DNA of 64,000 bases, from assembly GCF_002113885.1 (NCBI RefSeq), contig NW_018408827.1, forward strand, positions 250,051 to 314,050, in the 5' to 3' direction. Position 1 is the first letter of the stretch. Each line of letters starts with the position of its first letter. The notes beneath the pieces were generated by a model. It worked only from the letters and a program-made list of their open reading frames with translations, made no database searches and had not been told where the DNA came from. Origin of the DNA: Mizuhopecten yessoensis. Lineage: Eukaryota. A program made the translations under genes and the position numbers. Shown here piece after piece: positions 13,076 to 25,223 of the stretch.

Positions 13076-13799
13076 TTTCGACGAATTTCTGAAAAGAAAT
13101 ATATAAGTCAATATGATAAACAAATTGTGTACGTACATCTGGATCTCCTGTCGCAGATGGTTACATGTATTAATTTATTCGATCAAAGCTTGTCAGGTGA
13201 TGTAGTTCAGTTGTTGTAAAAACGGTTCCATGTCGCTGTCTTTTTACTTACAATTTGTTCGTGGTATTTTGTATATCAGAACCCTTAAAACATGTGTTTT
13301 AATTCTTGTGACTTTACTTCGTATTTCTAGTAAGTGTTTCCCAGATTATGAACGCGTTTAACATAATAACAATAAGATATACTTTATTCATCAATTTTGT
13401 TTTTCTCGCAAAAGAAGAGGTTCGGCGAACATTTAAGGATTTTTTGTTTTATTTCATGAAATTCTAAAATACATAATCTTAAATATGAAAATATTAGATA
13501 TATTATAGTCGTTAAGAAATGAGGAAATTATGGTAATGACTTCAAAGCACGTGATGCGTACATCTGAACGGCCTTTTACGGGAACCTTGTCTAACTTACA
13601 GTTTCAATCATTTCGGTTTACACAGATTTATTATTATATCACAATCATAAAAATATTCTGTTTAAAAGATTTTCCACAAAAAGAATGAGAAAGTTTCCTA
13701 TTAATTAAATTTCGCACATACGACATTATTTATAACTTTATGTCAATGCAGATAGTATTATCAGTTAGTGTAAAAGTAAATAAACATGCAACAAATTTN

Positions 13800-14059
13800 C
13801 GTGAGACCCCAGCGTCAAGAAATTCACATTTTTGGTAAAGCACCTTAAGACCCTTCCATCTATGAAGAGTATTTGATTCTACCATATCTGGGTCTTGAGA
13901 AGAAGATTTTTGAAATTTTAGACAATTTGACCCTTTTTGACCCGCCCCTCAGGCCCCTGGGGAGACCAACCAGGCCCCTATTTTTGTTGACCTTTGGCCA
14001 TGGAAGATTTCTGCAAAATTTCATTGAAATTGGTTCATGGGTTTTGGAGAAGAAGATTT
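13800..14059 (-). mobile_element. Internal fragment of the HINE/pearl-type element
   Basis: Near-identical to 13-275 and 51186-51450. Confidence 0.85.
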
Positions 14060-14134
14060 CGGATTTCGCACATACGACATTATTTATAACTTTATGTCAA
14101 TGCAGATAGTATTATCAGTTAGTGTAAAAGTAAA

Positions 14135-15063
14135 TAAACATGCAACAAATTTTTTACATATAACAGTAACCTTAATGAACTTTGTGAATCAAGCATCACA
14201 CAATATGTTATAATATATATTGTAAACTTCGGTAATTGACAAAATATTTAATGAAGTCTTACCTGTATTGGCCAATCCGGTCGTATCAAGGATCACAGAC
14301 CAAGTGGCAAATGTCGGCTTGGTAAGAAGGGTCAAGTGATCGATAAAGGCGATGCTTGCTTGATATTATATAATATTGGAGACATCAGGCTGGCTTCACG
14401 TACGCTGTGGACTTATAAATTATCTCATCTTCACTGATACGACAACAGGCAGCATTTGTGGACACGTGTACTATGATATCAAATTTACGTAAAACAAAAT
14501 GTTGGCTATGAATGATTTCAATAAATTCGAATACAATTAAATTTTAAATCGCTTATATTTGTCAAATTAGTATGGCATTTATTTTAAGTTTAGAATCAAT
14601 CCTAGANTAAACATGCAACAAAATTTTTACATATAACAATAACCTTAATGAACTTTGTGAATCAAGCATCACACAACATGTTATAATATATATTGTAAAC
14701 TTCGGTAATTGACAAAATATTTAATGAAGTCTTACCTGTATTGGCAGATCACAGACCAAGTGGCAAATGTCGGCTTGGTAAGAAGGGTCAAGTGATCCCA
14801 TAAAGGCGATGCTTGCTTGATATTATATAATATTGGAGACATCAGGCTGGCTTCACGTACGCTGTGGACTTACAAATTATCTTATCTTCACTGATACGAC
14901 AACAGGCAGCATTTGTGGACACGTGTACTATGATATCAAATTTACGTAAAACAAAATGTTGGCTATGTATGATTTCAATCAATTCGAATACAGTTAAATT
15001 TTAAATCGCTTATATGCGTCAAATTAGTATGGCATTTATTTTAAGTTTAGAATCAATCCTAGA
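14135..15063. repeat. Near-identical direct duplication 14135-14606 / 14608-15063 across a single-N join
   Basis: The copies differ by a few substitutions and an 18-bp indel (caatccggtcgtatcaag). Probably two alleles assembled in tandem. Confidence 0.85.
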
Positions 15064-15079
15064 AATTCCTATCAATAAC

Positions 15080-15345
15080 TGTCTTTTATTTGGATTGTCT
15101 TTAAAAATCGAACAATGTATTGACCATGTCGATCGCATATACCTCATGAAACTAAAAATGAACGTCACTACAGACTTTTCATCTTCTGCTTGCCTTGATC
15201 TTTACCTTCAACATGCTTACAAACAGGGGTGCCTTACTACTAAGCGTGAATGTTTTGATTTTCCGGTCGCGAAACTTCCTTTTCTTGATAGTGACAACCA
15301 TGCTTCTCCAACAACGGTATTTACATGTCGTAGTCGATTCGGAAT
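15080..15345 (+). mobile_element. Decayed Penelope-like retroelement reverse transcriptase fragment
   Basis: Translation VDRIYLMKLKMNVTTDFSSSACLDLYL...LTTKRECFDFPVAKLPFLDSDNHASP resembles the PLE RT C-terminal pattern IYPxEL...TT..SASYLDL...LYDKRDDFxFxIVNFPFLxSNIPxSP. Confidence 0.7.
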
Positions 15346-15582
15346 TTAGGAGTTATTTATTTGTTTGTTAGGGGTTTAACCTCCTTGCAATGGTCATTTA
15401 AAGATATATAAGGGAGGGAGACAGGGAAGATAAGGGTAGAAAGAAAAGAAGTATTGCAAAAGAGGCTGCTGATTGATTTTGCTTTCTTGAATGTCCTCTT
15501 CAAAGACGACACAGAAGAAAACCCCAGATTCTGCAAAGGGACCAATATTAGTCGTCTCTTACGACAACATACAGCGACATCT

Positions 15583-16439
15583 TCTTTCCTAAATCTACAG
15601 GTGGGATTTGCGTGATAAATGTCGACTGCTGAAAATTTCGAGAGATGCAAGTGGATGAATTATATGGGAAAACTGTATGTTCGTTATTATTATCTTATTA
15701 TAATTCTTCAGTTGATATGAAGGTGTATGTTTTGATTGTGCTCATTATATTTCGATGTTGCTTCGTCATCAGTGCTCCTGTTCTCTCTTTGAGAACGTGA
15801 TATTACTTGGGTTTGACCTAGATCTAGTTTACATAGTTGGTGTCGTCGATGTAAGTATTTCCTTTATTCACATTTTGCCCTAGTTTGCTCGATTGTGAGT
15901 TCACGTTTTGAGTGATGCAATTGCACATCAAGAATAATTTAAAGAAACAAGATGTTCTGAACCATTTCTTGTTTTTTATATTTTATATATTTCATTGAAA
16001 TATCTAATNTTTCTTTCCTCAAACCTACAGGTGGGATTTGCGTGATAAATGTCGACTGCTGAAAATTTTGAGAGATGCAAGTGGATGAAATTATATGGGA
16101 AAACTGTATGTTCGTTATTATTATCTTATTATAATTCTTCAGTTGATATGAAGGTATATGTTTTGATTGTGCTCATTATATTTCGGTGTTGCTTCGTCAT
16201 CAGTGCTCCTGTTCTCTCTTTGAGAACGTGATATTACTTGGATTTGACCTAGATCTAGTTTACATAGTTGGTGTCGTCGATGTAAGTTTTTCCTTTATTC
16301 ACATTTTGCCCTAGTTTGCTCGATTGTGAGTTCACGTTTTGAGTGATGCAATTGCACATTCAGAATAATTTAAAGAAACAATATGTTCTGAAACATTTCT
16401 TGTTTTTTATATTTTATATATTTCATTGAAATATCTAAT
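15583..16439. repeat. Near-identical direct duplication 15583-16008 / 16010-16439 across a single-N join
   Basis: About 430 bp repeated with only scattered substitutions; probably an allelic overlap. Confidence 0.85.
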
Positions 16440-17591
16440 ATTTTATAGTATCAATATCGATGTAAGTATCGTTTATGCGATAACCGGGCATCATTGTCGG
16501 GATATGCTAATCACATTATTATACGTGGAAAACAGTATGTTTGTATACAGCAGCTTATAAATAATGATATACTGTAAACGCGTTTTTTGAGGTGCTGTCT
16601 GGAACAGTACTAGTACGAAGTACACGTACGTAATAAATGGTATGGAGTTGATCGCCGCTTAGTTCATCAATGATTTGATATTTATCAAAACATAACAGGA
16701 CCTTGATACAAACAACGTACCCATTGCATGGTAATTAATGGGTAACTGGTAACAGGTGAGGCTGCTTTGTTAACGTTTTATATGTGTGTACAGTACGTAC
16801 ATGTATATGTATATATACCAACACACATATCGATTAAGGCCGTTTCAAAACAATGCGTTTATTACTGTTAGAGAAATAGATAACCATACTAATCCGACTG
16901 AAACATGGAAACATCCTTTTAATCTGGCCATTTCTTAATTTATACATGTATCAACTACGATACCTAACGCTATTATCGCACAGTTTTTCATCGGCACATT
17001 GTGTAACCCATTACTGTATATATTCTTCAAAAGGCTAACGACGAACTACGTGGTGGGGGGTTTTCATGTAAGTTACATCTTTTACTTTTGATTGGAAAAT
17101 ATAATGTGTATACATATTTATATAGCACAGCTAGTTGTACCTATTTTACTGGTCAATTGTCTAAAGAAGATAACAGAGTAAAATTACACTAATCGACACA
17201 TGTTAATATGTTGCTGATATACTCTTTAAATCGAATGTGTGTCAAAATGATTCACCGTTCAGGTTGCTCGTACTGGTTAAACGTTAGATAGCGATAGCGT
17301 TTTTCTGTTGCTAGTGTGTTTACGATTATTTTTAATGCAACTGGCACAGAAAGACAGGCGGAACAGGTAAATATGTGTGTCATCTACCTCAATTATTGAT
17401 CGTTTATAATACTTGTAATTTAAACATACAAGTTAAACTAAAATCAAAACTTAAAAGTTCATTGTTTTGGAGTTGCAATATGTCACTATGTATTGCTAAA
17501 CTATGCGTAGTGTTAACATTATAACATTATGTTTGTTTATATTATCGTGTACATGTCTTATGTGATTTCTGTTCTCGTTTTCATAGACATT

Positions 17592-19857
17592 ATGGGGATG
17601 ACGATTGCAATATGGCTTCTAATGATGTCATTCATAGCATCTGATGTGGATTGTCAAATATTCAATAGTGTGAACACATCGTTGGGACCTGTAAGGGGAC
17701 TGAAGACATCTGTCCTAACCGGAAACATATACCAGTTCCGTGCAATTCCTTATGGAAAAGCTCCGATGGGAGAACTAAGACTTCGCAAACCGGAACCATT
17801 CGGGAAATGGTCTGGAACCTATGATGCAACGAAATTCGGTCCAAGTTGTGTGCAGGATATGAATACATTTAGAGTTGGAGATAATTTCTTACCCAACTAC
17901 AACATCTCCGAAGACTGTTTGCAGCTCAATATATTCGTTCCAACATCAGCGTCTCCTACCAACAGGAAGTCTGTGATAGTGTGGCTGTACGGTGGTGCTT
18001 TTGTGTCTGGACAAAGCGGTCTGTACGACGGTTCTTATTTGACCTTTATTGGTGACGTCATAGTGGTCACTTTGAACTACCGTGTTGGTATTCTAGGTTT
18101 TTACAGTACAGGGGATGACGCTGCACCTGGTAACTATGGACTGTGGGATCAGTTACTGGCAATAAGATGGATAAAAGACAATATTGAGGCTTTTGGTGGA
18201 AATTCTAACTCCATAACACTGTTTGGCGAATCAGCAGGAGCTATGAGCGCGTCTATTCATGCTCTTAACCCAAACAATAAAGGACTCTTCCACAGGGCAA
18301 TCTTTGAGAGTGGAACAGCGAATCAGGAAGCCGCATTTAACCTTGAGATTCCTGCATATGCTCAAGAGTATGGTATTCTTCTTAACTGCACAAATGATAA
18401 CAACAAACACCCTAACACAACTGAGATGGTGGATTGCATTCGCACAAGATCCGTACAAGAAATATTAAAAAGTCAACAAGAGCACGTGGTGAAGAAATAC
18501 GGTGAGTTCATCCTGGATTTCAGCATATTCCCGGTAGTGGACGGAGACCTAATTCCAATTCATCCCATGATTATTATTAAGAATGCCTCCTCGCCAGCAT
18601 ACCAGTTCCTTCAATCTCTTGATGTTATTGGAGGAACAAACAGCGGAGAAGGCTCACTGTTGATAGATTACCATGGGAAAAGCATGGAAAGGCTTTGGGG
18701 ACTGAACTTAACAGAGGGCATATCAACTGACGATTTCTGTTCCAAAATAGCAACAGAAATTGCCAAGGACTTCTATCACAACCGTTTGCATGTAGCTAAG
18801 GAGATTTGTCTGATGTATACGTCTGATGTTAGTGACCAAGACCAAGCACTAAATGTTACTAAGATGTATGGCGATATGGTGATGCAGGCTCCAACTGTCT
18901 CCTACCTTGACAGACATGCCAAAGACAACACACAAAGCAACACATTCCAGTATCTTTTATCCCATGAAAACTGTATAAAGTACCACCGGGATCCATCTTG
19001 GTTCAAGGGTTTTCCACACGCCAGTGACCTGCCCTACTTGTTCAGGCCAAATTACATTGGTACACTGATCAATGCGGATTGTCCTGAGGATACGAAATTG
19101 TCTGACAGATTTATCAAATACTGGAGTAATTTTGCGAAGACTGGGTATGTATTTCTACATTTCAGAAAGAACATTGGCTGTGTGTTTTAAGAAACTACTA
19201 GATATTGAATGAGATGGTATCAAAACTTTTATTTGATTAAATATCATGTTTTGTAATGTTCTGGAAAGAATCAATTATCAATCATAAGCATTTGGTTTTT
19301 GTATTCCATTATTCACATAAACATCAACACTTAAATAGGCGAGAACTAAAATGCATTTACCTTCATAGAAAAGGAATTCACAGTTTCTAAATTAATATAT
19401 TAATAGATATGAAAAGTTCCAGATAAAATATTCTCGGATCAACCTTACGAAATAAAATGACATTTTCGCTAACTTATCTCTTAAAACACTGACCTTCAAA
19501 GTTCTGAAATTTATAAAAGAATAACTGATCGTGCTTTAACTCGTTGGATATACATGTATATGTATGTATATCTATTTTAAAAGCGATCCGAACGGTGCTG
19601 GACTACCGGACTGGCCTATGTATAACCTGACGAGTTATAGGTACTTGAACCTGAACAACAACGCCACTGATGAAGGAAGATTGTATTGGGATAGAGTTCA
19701 ATTCTGGAACATCCACTTACAATACGCAAGGATGGACAAAATAAACAGCAGTGACACGCAAATCAACGGCAGCTATAGCCAGATTCATTATAGCAGCATC
19801 GTCTACATTGTAACAGCACTGCTCGTGGTCTTCCTGGTGCCGAGAGGCGTGCTGTGA
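17592..19857 (+). CDS. Type-B carboxylesterase CE3 (~608 aa, hydrophobic C-terminal tail); coding exons 17592-19144 and 19584-19857
   Basis: Acceptor tttcatag at 17586, then signal peptide MGMTIAIWLLMMSFIASDVDC. Motifs WLYGGAF, FGESAG, TNSGEG, GFPHASD. Donor ACT GG|gtatgt, acceptor aaag|C GAT CCG. AATAAA at 19985. Confidence 0.93.
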
Positions 19858-22536
19858 ACAATCGTTGTACACTCAGTTAATCATTATATATAGACATATA
19901 GATGACAATGATTACGTTGATAAATGAACTGTTGAGATACCAAAATAACTTGTACATGCACATCAACACATCAGTACAAGATTAAATAAAATAAAAACAT
20001 AGTATTTGATGTATTTTGCTTAAACAACTGATGTTCGTTCTCCAACGTGTTCAAATCAGCATACAAATTTATTTCAATTAGTTTGTATTAAGCATAAACC
20101 TGTGTAAATAACACTCTATTCAGAATCGAAATACGGCGTTTTGTTGTGTTTGTGTAAACAGGTTTCACTGTTAAACATTTACAATATTCAGTATGGTGTT
20201 TGTTTAAGATATTTGGACAAAGTATTCTCCTTTGTTGTTTAAATACACTTTTTGAAAAAAAAGTTCGAAAATAAATTGAAGACAGCACAAGGCAACAAAT
20301 CATGAACGAGACCTATTAACTGACAGTTTGTATCAAATTAACGATCTTAATTTATGAAAAAAGGCAATAAAATCCAAACGAAGAAACAGTTATTGACCCG
20401 ATATCAAAATCACAAATATCGTATGTATTAAGTATGTACATATGTAGCAACCTCTTTCCAAAAATGTGAGTATATAATATTAACATTGTTAGATAAAGAT
20501 CGAGCAAAAACGCGTGTCTATGTTGTCAGATACACACTGTACCTCACGCTCCTTCTCATTTACAGGTAGGTTAATTCCGTTATCGCAACGGGGTGTGACC
20601 TATATTATGAACTGAATGTTTGTTATATGGTCACGTGGTCAGCTATACGATATAAAGGAGGAGAAACAAAGTTAATACTATTTGAGTATTTCAAGTACAA
20701 CAATCATTTTGTGTAGTTTATTTAATCACAACATTATAAATCCGACAATTTTACATTTGTTTAGTTACAGACATCACGTAATCGTTCAGTTGTTATCAAA
20801 ATTTAAAACATAATGTCTTTACTACATTTGTACGTCGATGATCAATGCAGTAGGTAACTTTGCTATTATTAACGGGGTTTAACGTCTGCATAACAGCTGG
20901 GGTCCTAGTATAGCATGTACCTCCTTTCCAAAATAATATTCTGCACTAAACAACTTTTACGACCGGAATGAGGATAACACGTTTGAATAGTCCATAGAAA
21001 TGTAAATATCGAAATTACTGATATGTCCCCTACACAAATTACATCTATATTTTGTCCGGCACATATAACCAAATATTCCAGTTAACTACATTCATTGAGG
21101 ACACACACAACAAGTGTGAAAGGTAGAAAACCCGCCATATCACAAAATAAGTCGCGGCTTCTTTTCGTTTTTAAAAAAAAAAATCCCGAGCTTTTTCTTG
21201 AAGCCTTCCCATTTTCAATGTCGTCTTATTTTCAAAGCCATTTCCATGGTAAAGCGTATACGGCTTATTTTTAAGGTCTATTTCCTTTCGAAGCATTTAA
21301 AACAATAGAAACTGAATTGCCATTAGAAGTCGGGTTTATTAGATACTTAAAAAATACTTTCAAAAAAAGGCGTATTACGTGTTTACTTATTTCATTTTCT
21401 ATAAATATGTATTATTTTAATTCAAAAATAAAAATATCTTTATTATTGATAGTAATGTAGAAGTATTTTGTAATGCATTTTTATGCATACAGGCAAGCTC
21501 AGCAAACTGTTTTCCGTTTTTGCAAAACAACAGCATATATTCCAATGTATATGAGAATGGTATACGACAACACGACAAATAAATACTATACTATTGGCTA
21601 GTTTGTTTTTAACATACAATTAATTGCAACTGAGATTTATGGGGTTTATATATACATATACTAAATATATAGCAAAGCCTCCAGTACCGTAGGTAACTGA
21701 GCACGAAAGAGATTCGGTGAACTAGACCCATACAATACTACATCATCACAACATATTTGCAAATATCAAATTTTGAAACCACTAATCTTTACCATTTTGC
21801 AGGTTTTGTGAATATGCGACAACAAATCCTCCGATTAACGCTTGATTAATTGATAACAATTATGCAGCTTTATTGATTATAACTCTTCAGTGTAAATGTT
21901 TATTTCATCAAACCGAATTTCCCCGGATAAACATATTTTATACACGAATCACATGGAAATAATTTAAATCATAAATTTTTATGACAAACAGAAAAAAATA
22001 TGGTACGATTCGATAAAATACGATTCAGCAATGTTGATATTTTTTGTCATTCCTAAATGCTCTTCCTGTTCCCTACAGCACCTCTGGTTAGCCCGTTGTT
22101 AGCATATTCTGACCGGCTGTAGTGTCAACCATACTACCGTATCCAAGTTGTGACACTTCAGTAAGATAGCACTGTAAAATGACATCCGAGTAGTGCCATC
22201 GTCTGTTCATACCGTTTTGATATAACCTTAAGAAACAGACGCCATCTGATACGAATAACATTCTAACACGCTTCATAAAGCAATTAAAATCATTGTAAGA
22301 TGACAACATGTAGTCTCTTCAATGTAGATTGAAGATTCAGGCCCCTTGCTGCAAGCCATCAACGTCGGTATGATAGCAGGGATTGGACAGGGTACATGTA
22401 GGTACAAGTAGCTGGTAAAAGTGGATTTTAAGAGTGTTAACGGGATGAACATTGTTTAATCACCCTTCTCTATCAGCAAAATATTTCCGTGGCTCAGTTA
22501 TCATATACTCATCGAATAAAACGTCACAGTACACAA

Positions 22537-22609
22537 TATAAAATGCGTATAGGTTCAGCATATCAAACAGAAGACAAGTTTATTTGAAAGGACAACAGAC
22601 ACAAGTCAG
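22537..22609 (+). promoter_or_regulatory. Candidate TATA box and short non-coding first exon of CE4
   Basis: TATAAAA at 22537, a strong donor CAG|gtatgt at 22609/22610, and acceptor ttccag at 23173 just before the ATG. Confidence 0.45.
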
Positions 22610-23184
22610 GTATGTGGGTTAATGTGTATACACATCCATCGGATACATTATGCACGAGATAAACATTTCCATTCGTATACGTAAAAAGACAATTTTCTCT
22701 AATCTGATTTCGGTAGGTATTGTGGGTACATATTTAATTCATGCTTTTTGGATAGGTAGGGATATACATTCTATATATTATTGTATACAGAGAAATGTTT
22801 GCTAAAGTTTAATTTTCGTCTTTTTCGCACTCCGTGAAGAAGGCAATTTTATCATTATAGCGAATAAAAAAAAAAGAAGTGCGAAATTAATACTGGGCGA
22901 AACATTTCCAGTATACCGTAAATCCTTCATATCTGTTTGATGCTGTTCAAGAAGAAAAAAAATGCGTGAAACATTAATATCAGATTTTTTGCTGGACACT
23001 TTTAATAGTACCTAATCTTTATTAGCAATTTTCTATACAATAAATTTGAACCCATTGCATGTTATTCAACATATATGTTATTCAACATACACGTTTTCAT
23101 ACATTTTGAAGTCTGCTTCATATTGGCTATAAAGGTTGTAAAAACTATTCATATTTTTTTCTTTTTCTTCCAGACATCTCAAAA

Positions 23185-25223
23185 ATGGAACGTAGCACGT
23201 TCATATTACTGTTCGTGACTGGTTTTGTAAGCTGTGTCCAGTGTACCATCTTTAGGACAGTGCGTTCACCGTCCGGACCAATTAAGGGGATTGGTGTACC
23301 TTACCAAGGCAATACGGTATTTCAATACCGAAATATTCCTTATGCTGAACCTCCATTGGGAAATCTGAGGCTACGGAAGCCGGTGCCACACCGAACATGG
23401 ACGGAGGTTTTAGATGCAACAATGTTCGGTCCTTCATGTAGTCAAGACATTGCCCGTATTAAAAGTATCCTTCAAAAACTGCCCAATAGAAACTTTTCTG
23501 AAGACTGTTTGCAACTCAATGTGTATACACCCAACATCGCCTCATCACAAAACAGAAAGAGTGTCATGATATGGGTCCACGGGGGAGCCTACATGTTAGG
23601 ACAGGCCTCATTATATGACGCAACACTTCTAGTAACTGAAGGAGACGTTATAGTAGTCACAGTGAATTATCGTCTTGGAGCACTTGGCTTTCTCAGTACA
23701 GGCGACGATGCAGCACGTGGGAACTACGGTCTATGGGACCAACGATTGGCTTTTGAATGGGTGAAAAATAACATTGCATCTTTTGGCGGTGATCCTGACA
23801 CGATGACCATATTTGGGCAATCAGCGGGAGCCTTTAGCGTAGGCCTCCACGCCATGATGCCAATGAACAGAGGCTTATTTACAAGGATAATTTCTGAAAG
23901 TGGAGGACAAAGTTCTAACATAGCTGTCCGATCAGATCCAAAACCTGTTACATTTAGATACGGTCGTGCGATCAACTGCATAAAAAATGCAGACAATCAA
24001 ATTGATACGGCAGCACTTCTTCAATGTCTTAGGGAGAAACTACTGACGAAATAATCGAGGCACAACTAAACCTCAACTCCACTGTGTATGGGGGCGATTA
24101 TAGTATCGAATTTATGCCAGTTGTTGACGGAATTTTAATTAGGGCAATGCCCGAGGTTTTACTTTCGAATTCCGCATCTGAGGAAAACAAGTTCTTCAGA
24201 TCGTTAGACGCTATATACGGTACATCAAACACGGAGGGAATTAGCGCAACCATTGTCGCTTATGGTTTGCAAAAGAGGTACGGATTCAATGCCACGCTTG
24301 AAATTCCTAACATTGTTCTACATGACGAGTTTGCACCAACCATTTCCCGGCTTTTCTACAATAACAACGAGCAAGTGTCACGTGCTATTTATGATGAATA
24401 CAGTAGTGAGGATACGCTTGAGCAGAGTAAGAATATGTTGGATTTGTTCACAGATTATGTATTTCTTGCTGCAACAGTCGGAGCGCTAAACTCACATTCA
24501 CTTGCTGGTTCTGTCCCATCGGGAAATACTTTCCAGTATTTATTTACTGGAGAGGGTATTATTGAAGGCCCGTTTGTTCTTCCTGTATATTTCAAAGGAG
24601 CGTGGCATGGAGCAGAATTGTCTTTCCTTTTCGGCTTAAATGGTCCAGGGAATGTGCTGAACAAAACTGCGGATGGAAATGCTCTAAGAAAAAAAATGAT
24701 TTCCTATTGGACCAACTTCGCTAAGCATGGGTAGGTTAACTTTAAACAACTATTCATATTAAATGCAACTTTTTTTATCAATTATTATGTGATAACTTCA
24801 GCATGTTTCACATTTAATTGTGCAGGAAATACGTATCATGTACGTAATGTATATTTTATTCTGATTTTGGTATATTGGTATGTATGTATCTATGTCCCTA
24901 GTTTTGTATATTTGAGCAAGAAACTCAAACCAAACTATACTTAATTTCAAAATAACTATAGTGATATGATATTATCATCAATGTTTTAAACAGTTATGAC
25001 GAAATAATAAGTACAGATGATGTATTTTTTATAATTATTCAGCAACCCAAATGGTAAAGGACTCCCCCGATGGCCTACCTACGACCCAATGACAGCTGAG
25101 TACTTAAACATCAATACAGTATCATCAACAGGAAGTCACGTGGCCGCGGATAGAATGAGGTTTTGGAATTGGTGCATCCCGTCACTACTAAAAATCGGAT
25201 CCAATACCATCGTAGGAAAGTAA
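23185..25223 (+). CDS. Type-B carboxylesterase CE4 with a 1-bp frameshift at ~24037-24039 (sequence error or young pseudogene); coding exons 23185-24730 and 25043-25223
   Basis: ORFs 23185-24054 and 24084-24734 join if one A is added to GAG AAA (A)CT ACT GAC, giving LREKTTDEIIEAQLN. Motifs FGQSAG, SNTEG, GAWHGAE. Donor CAT GG|gtaggt. Terminal exon reads NPNGKGLPRWPTYDP...FWNWCIPSLLKIGSNTIVGK*. AATAAA at 25434. Confidence 0.88.

Noticed and set aside
13873-14109. Recurrent [16 protein letters not shown] ORFs (also 303-488, 50957-51157, 51259-51537, 55200-55400)
   Set aside because: Incidental frames in the non-coding HINE repeat, with non-ATG starts and variable stops between copies.
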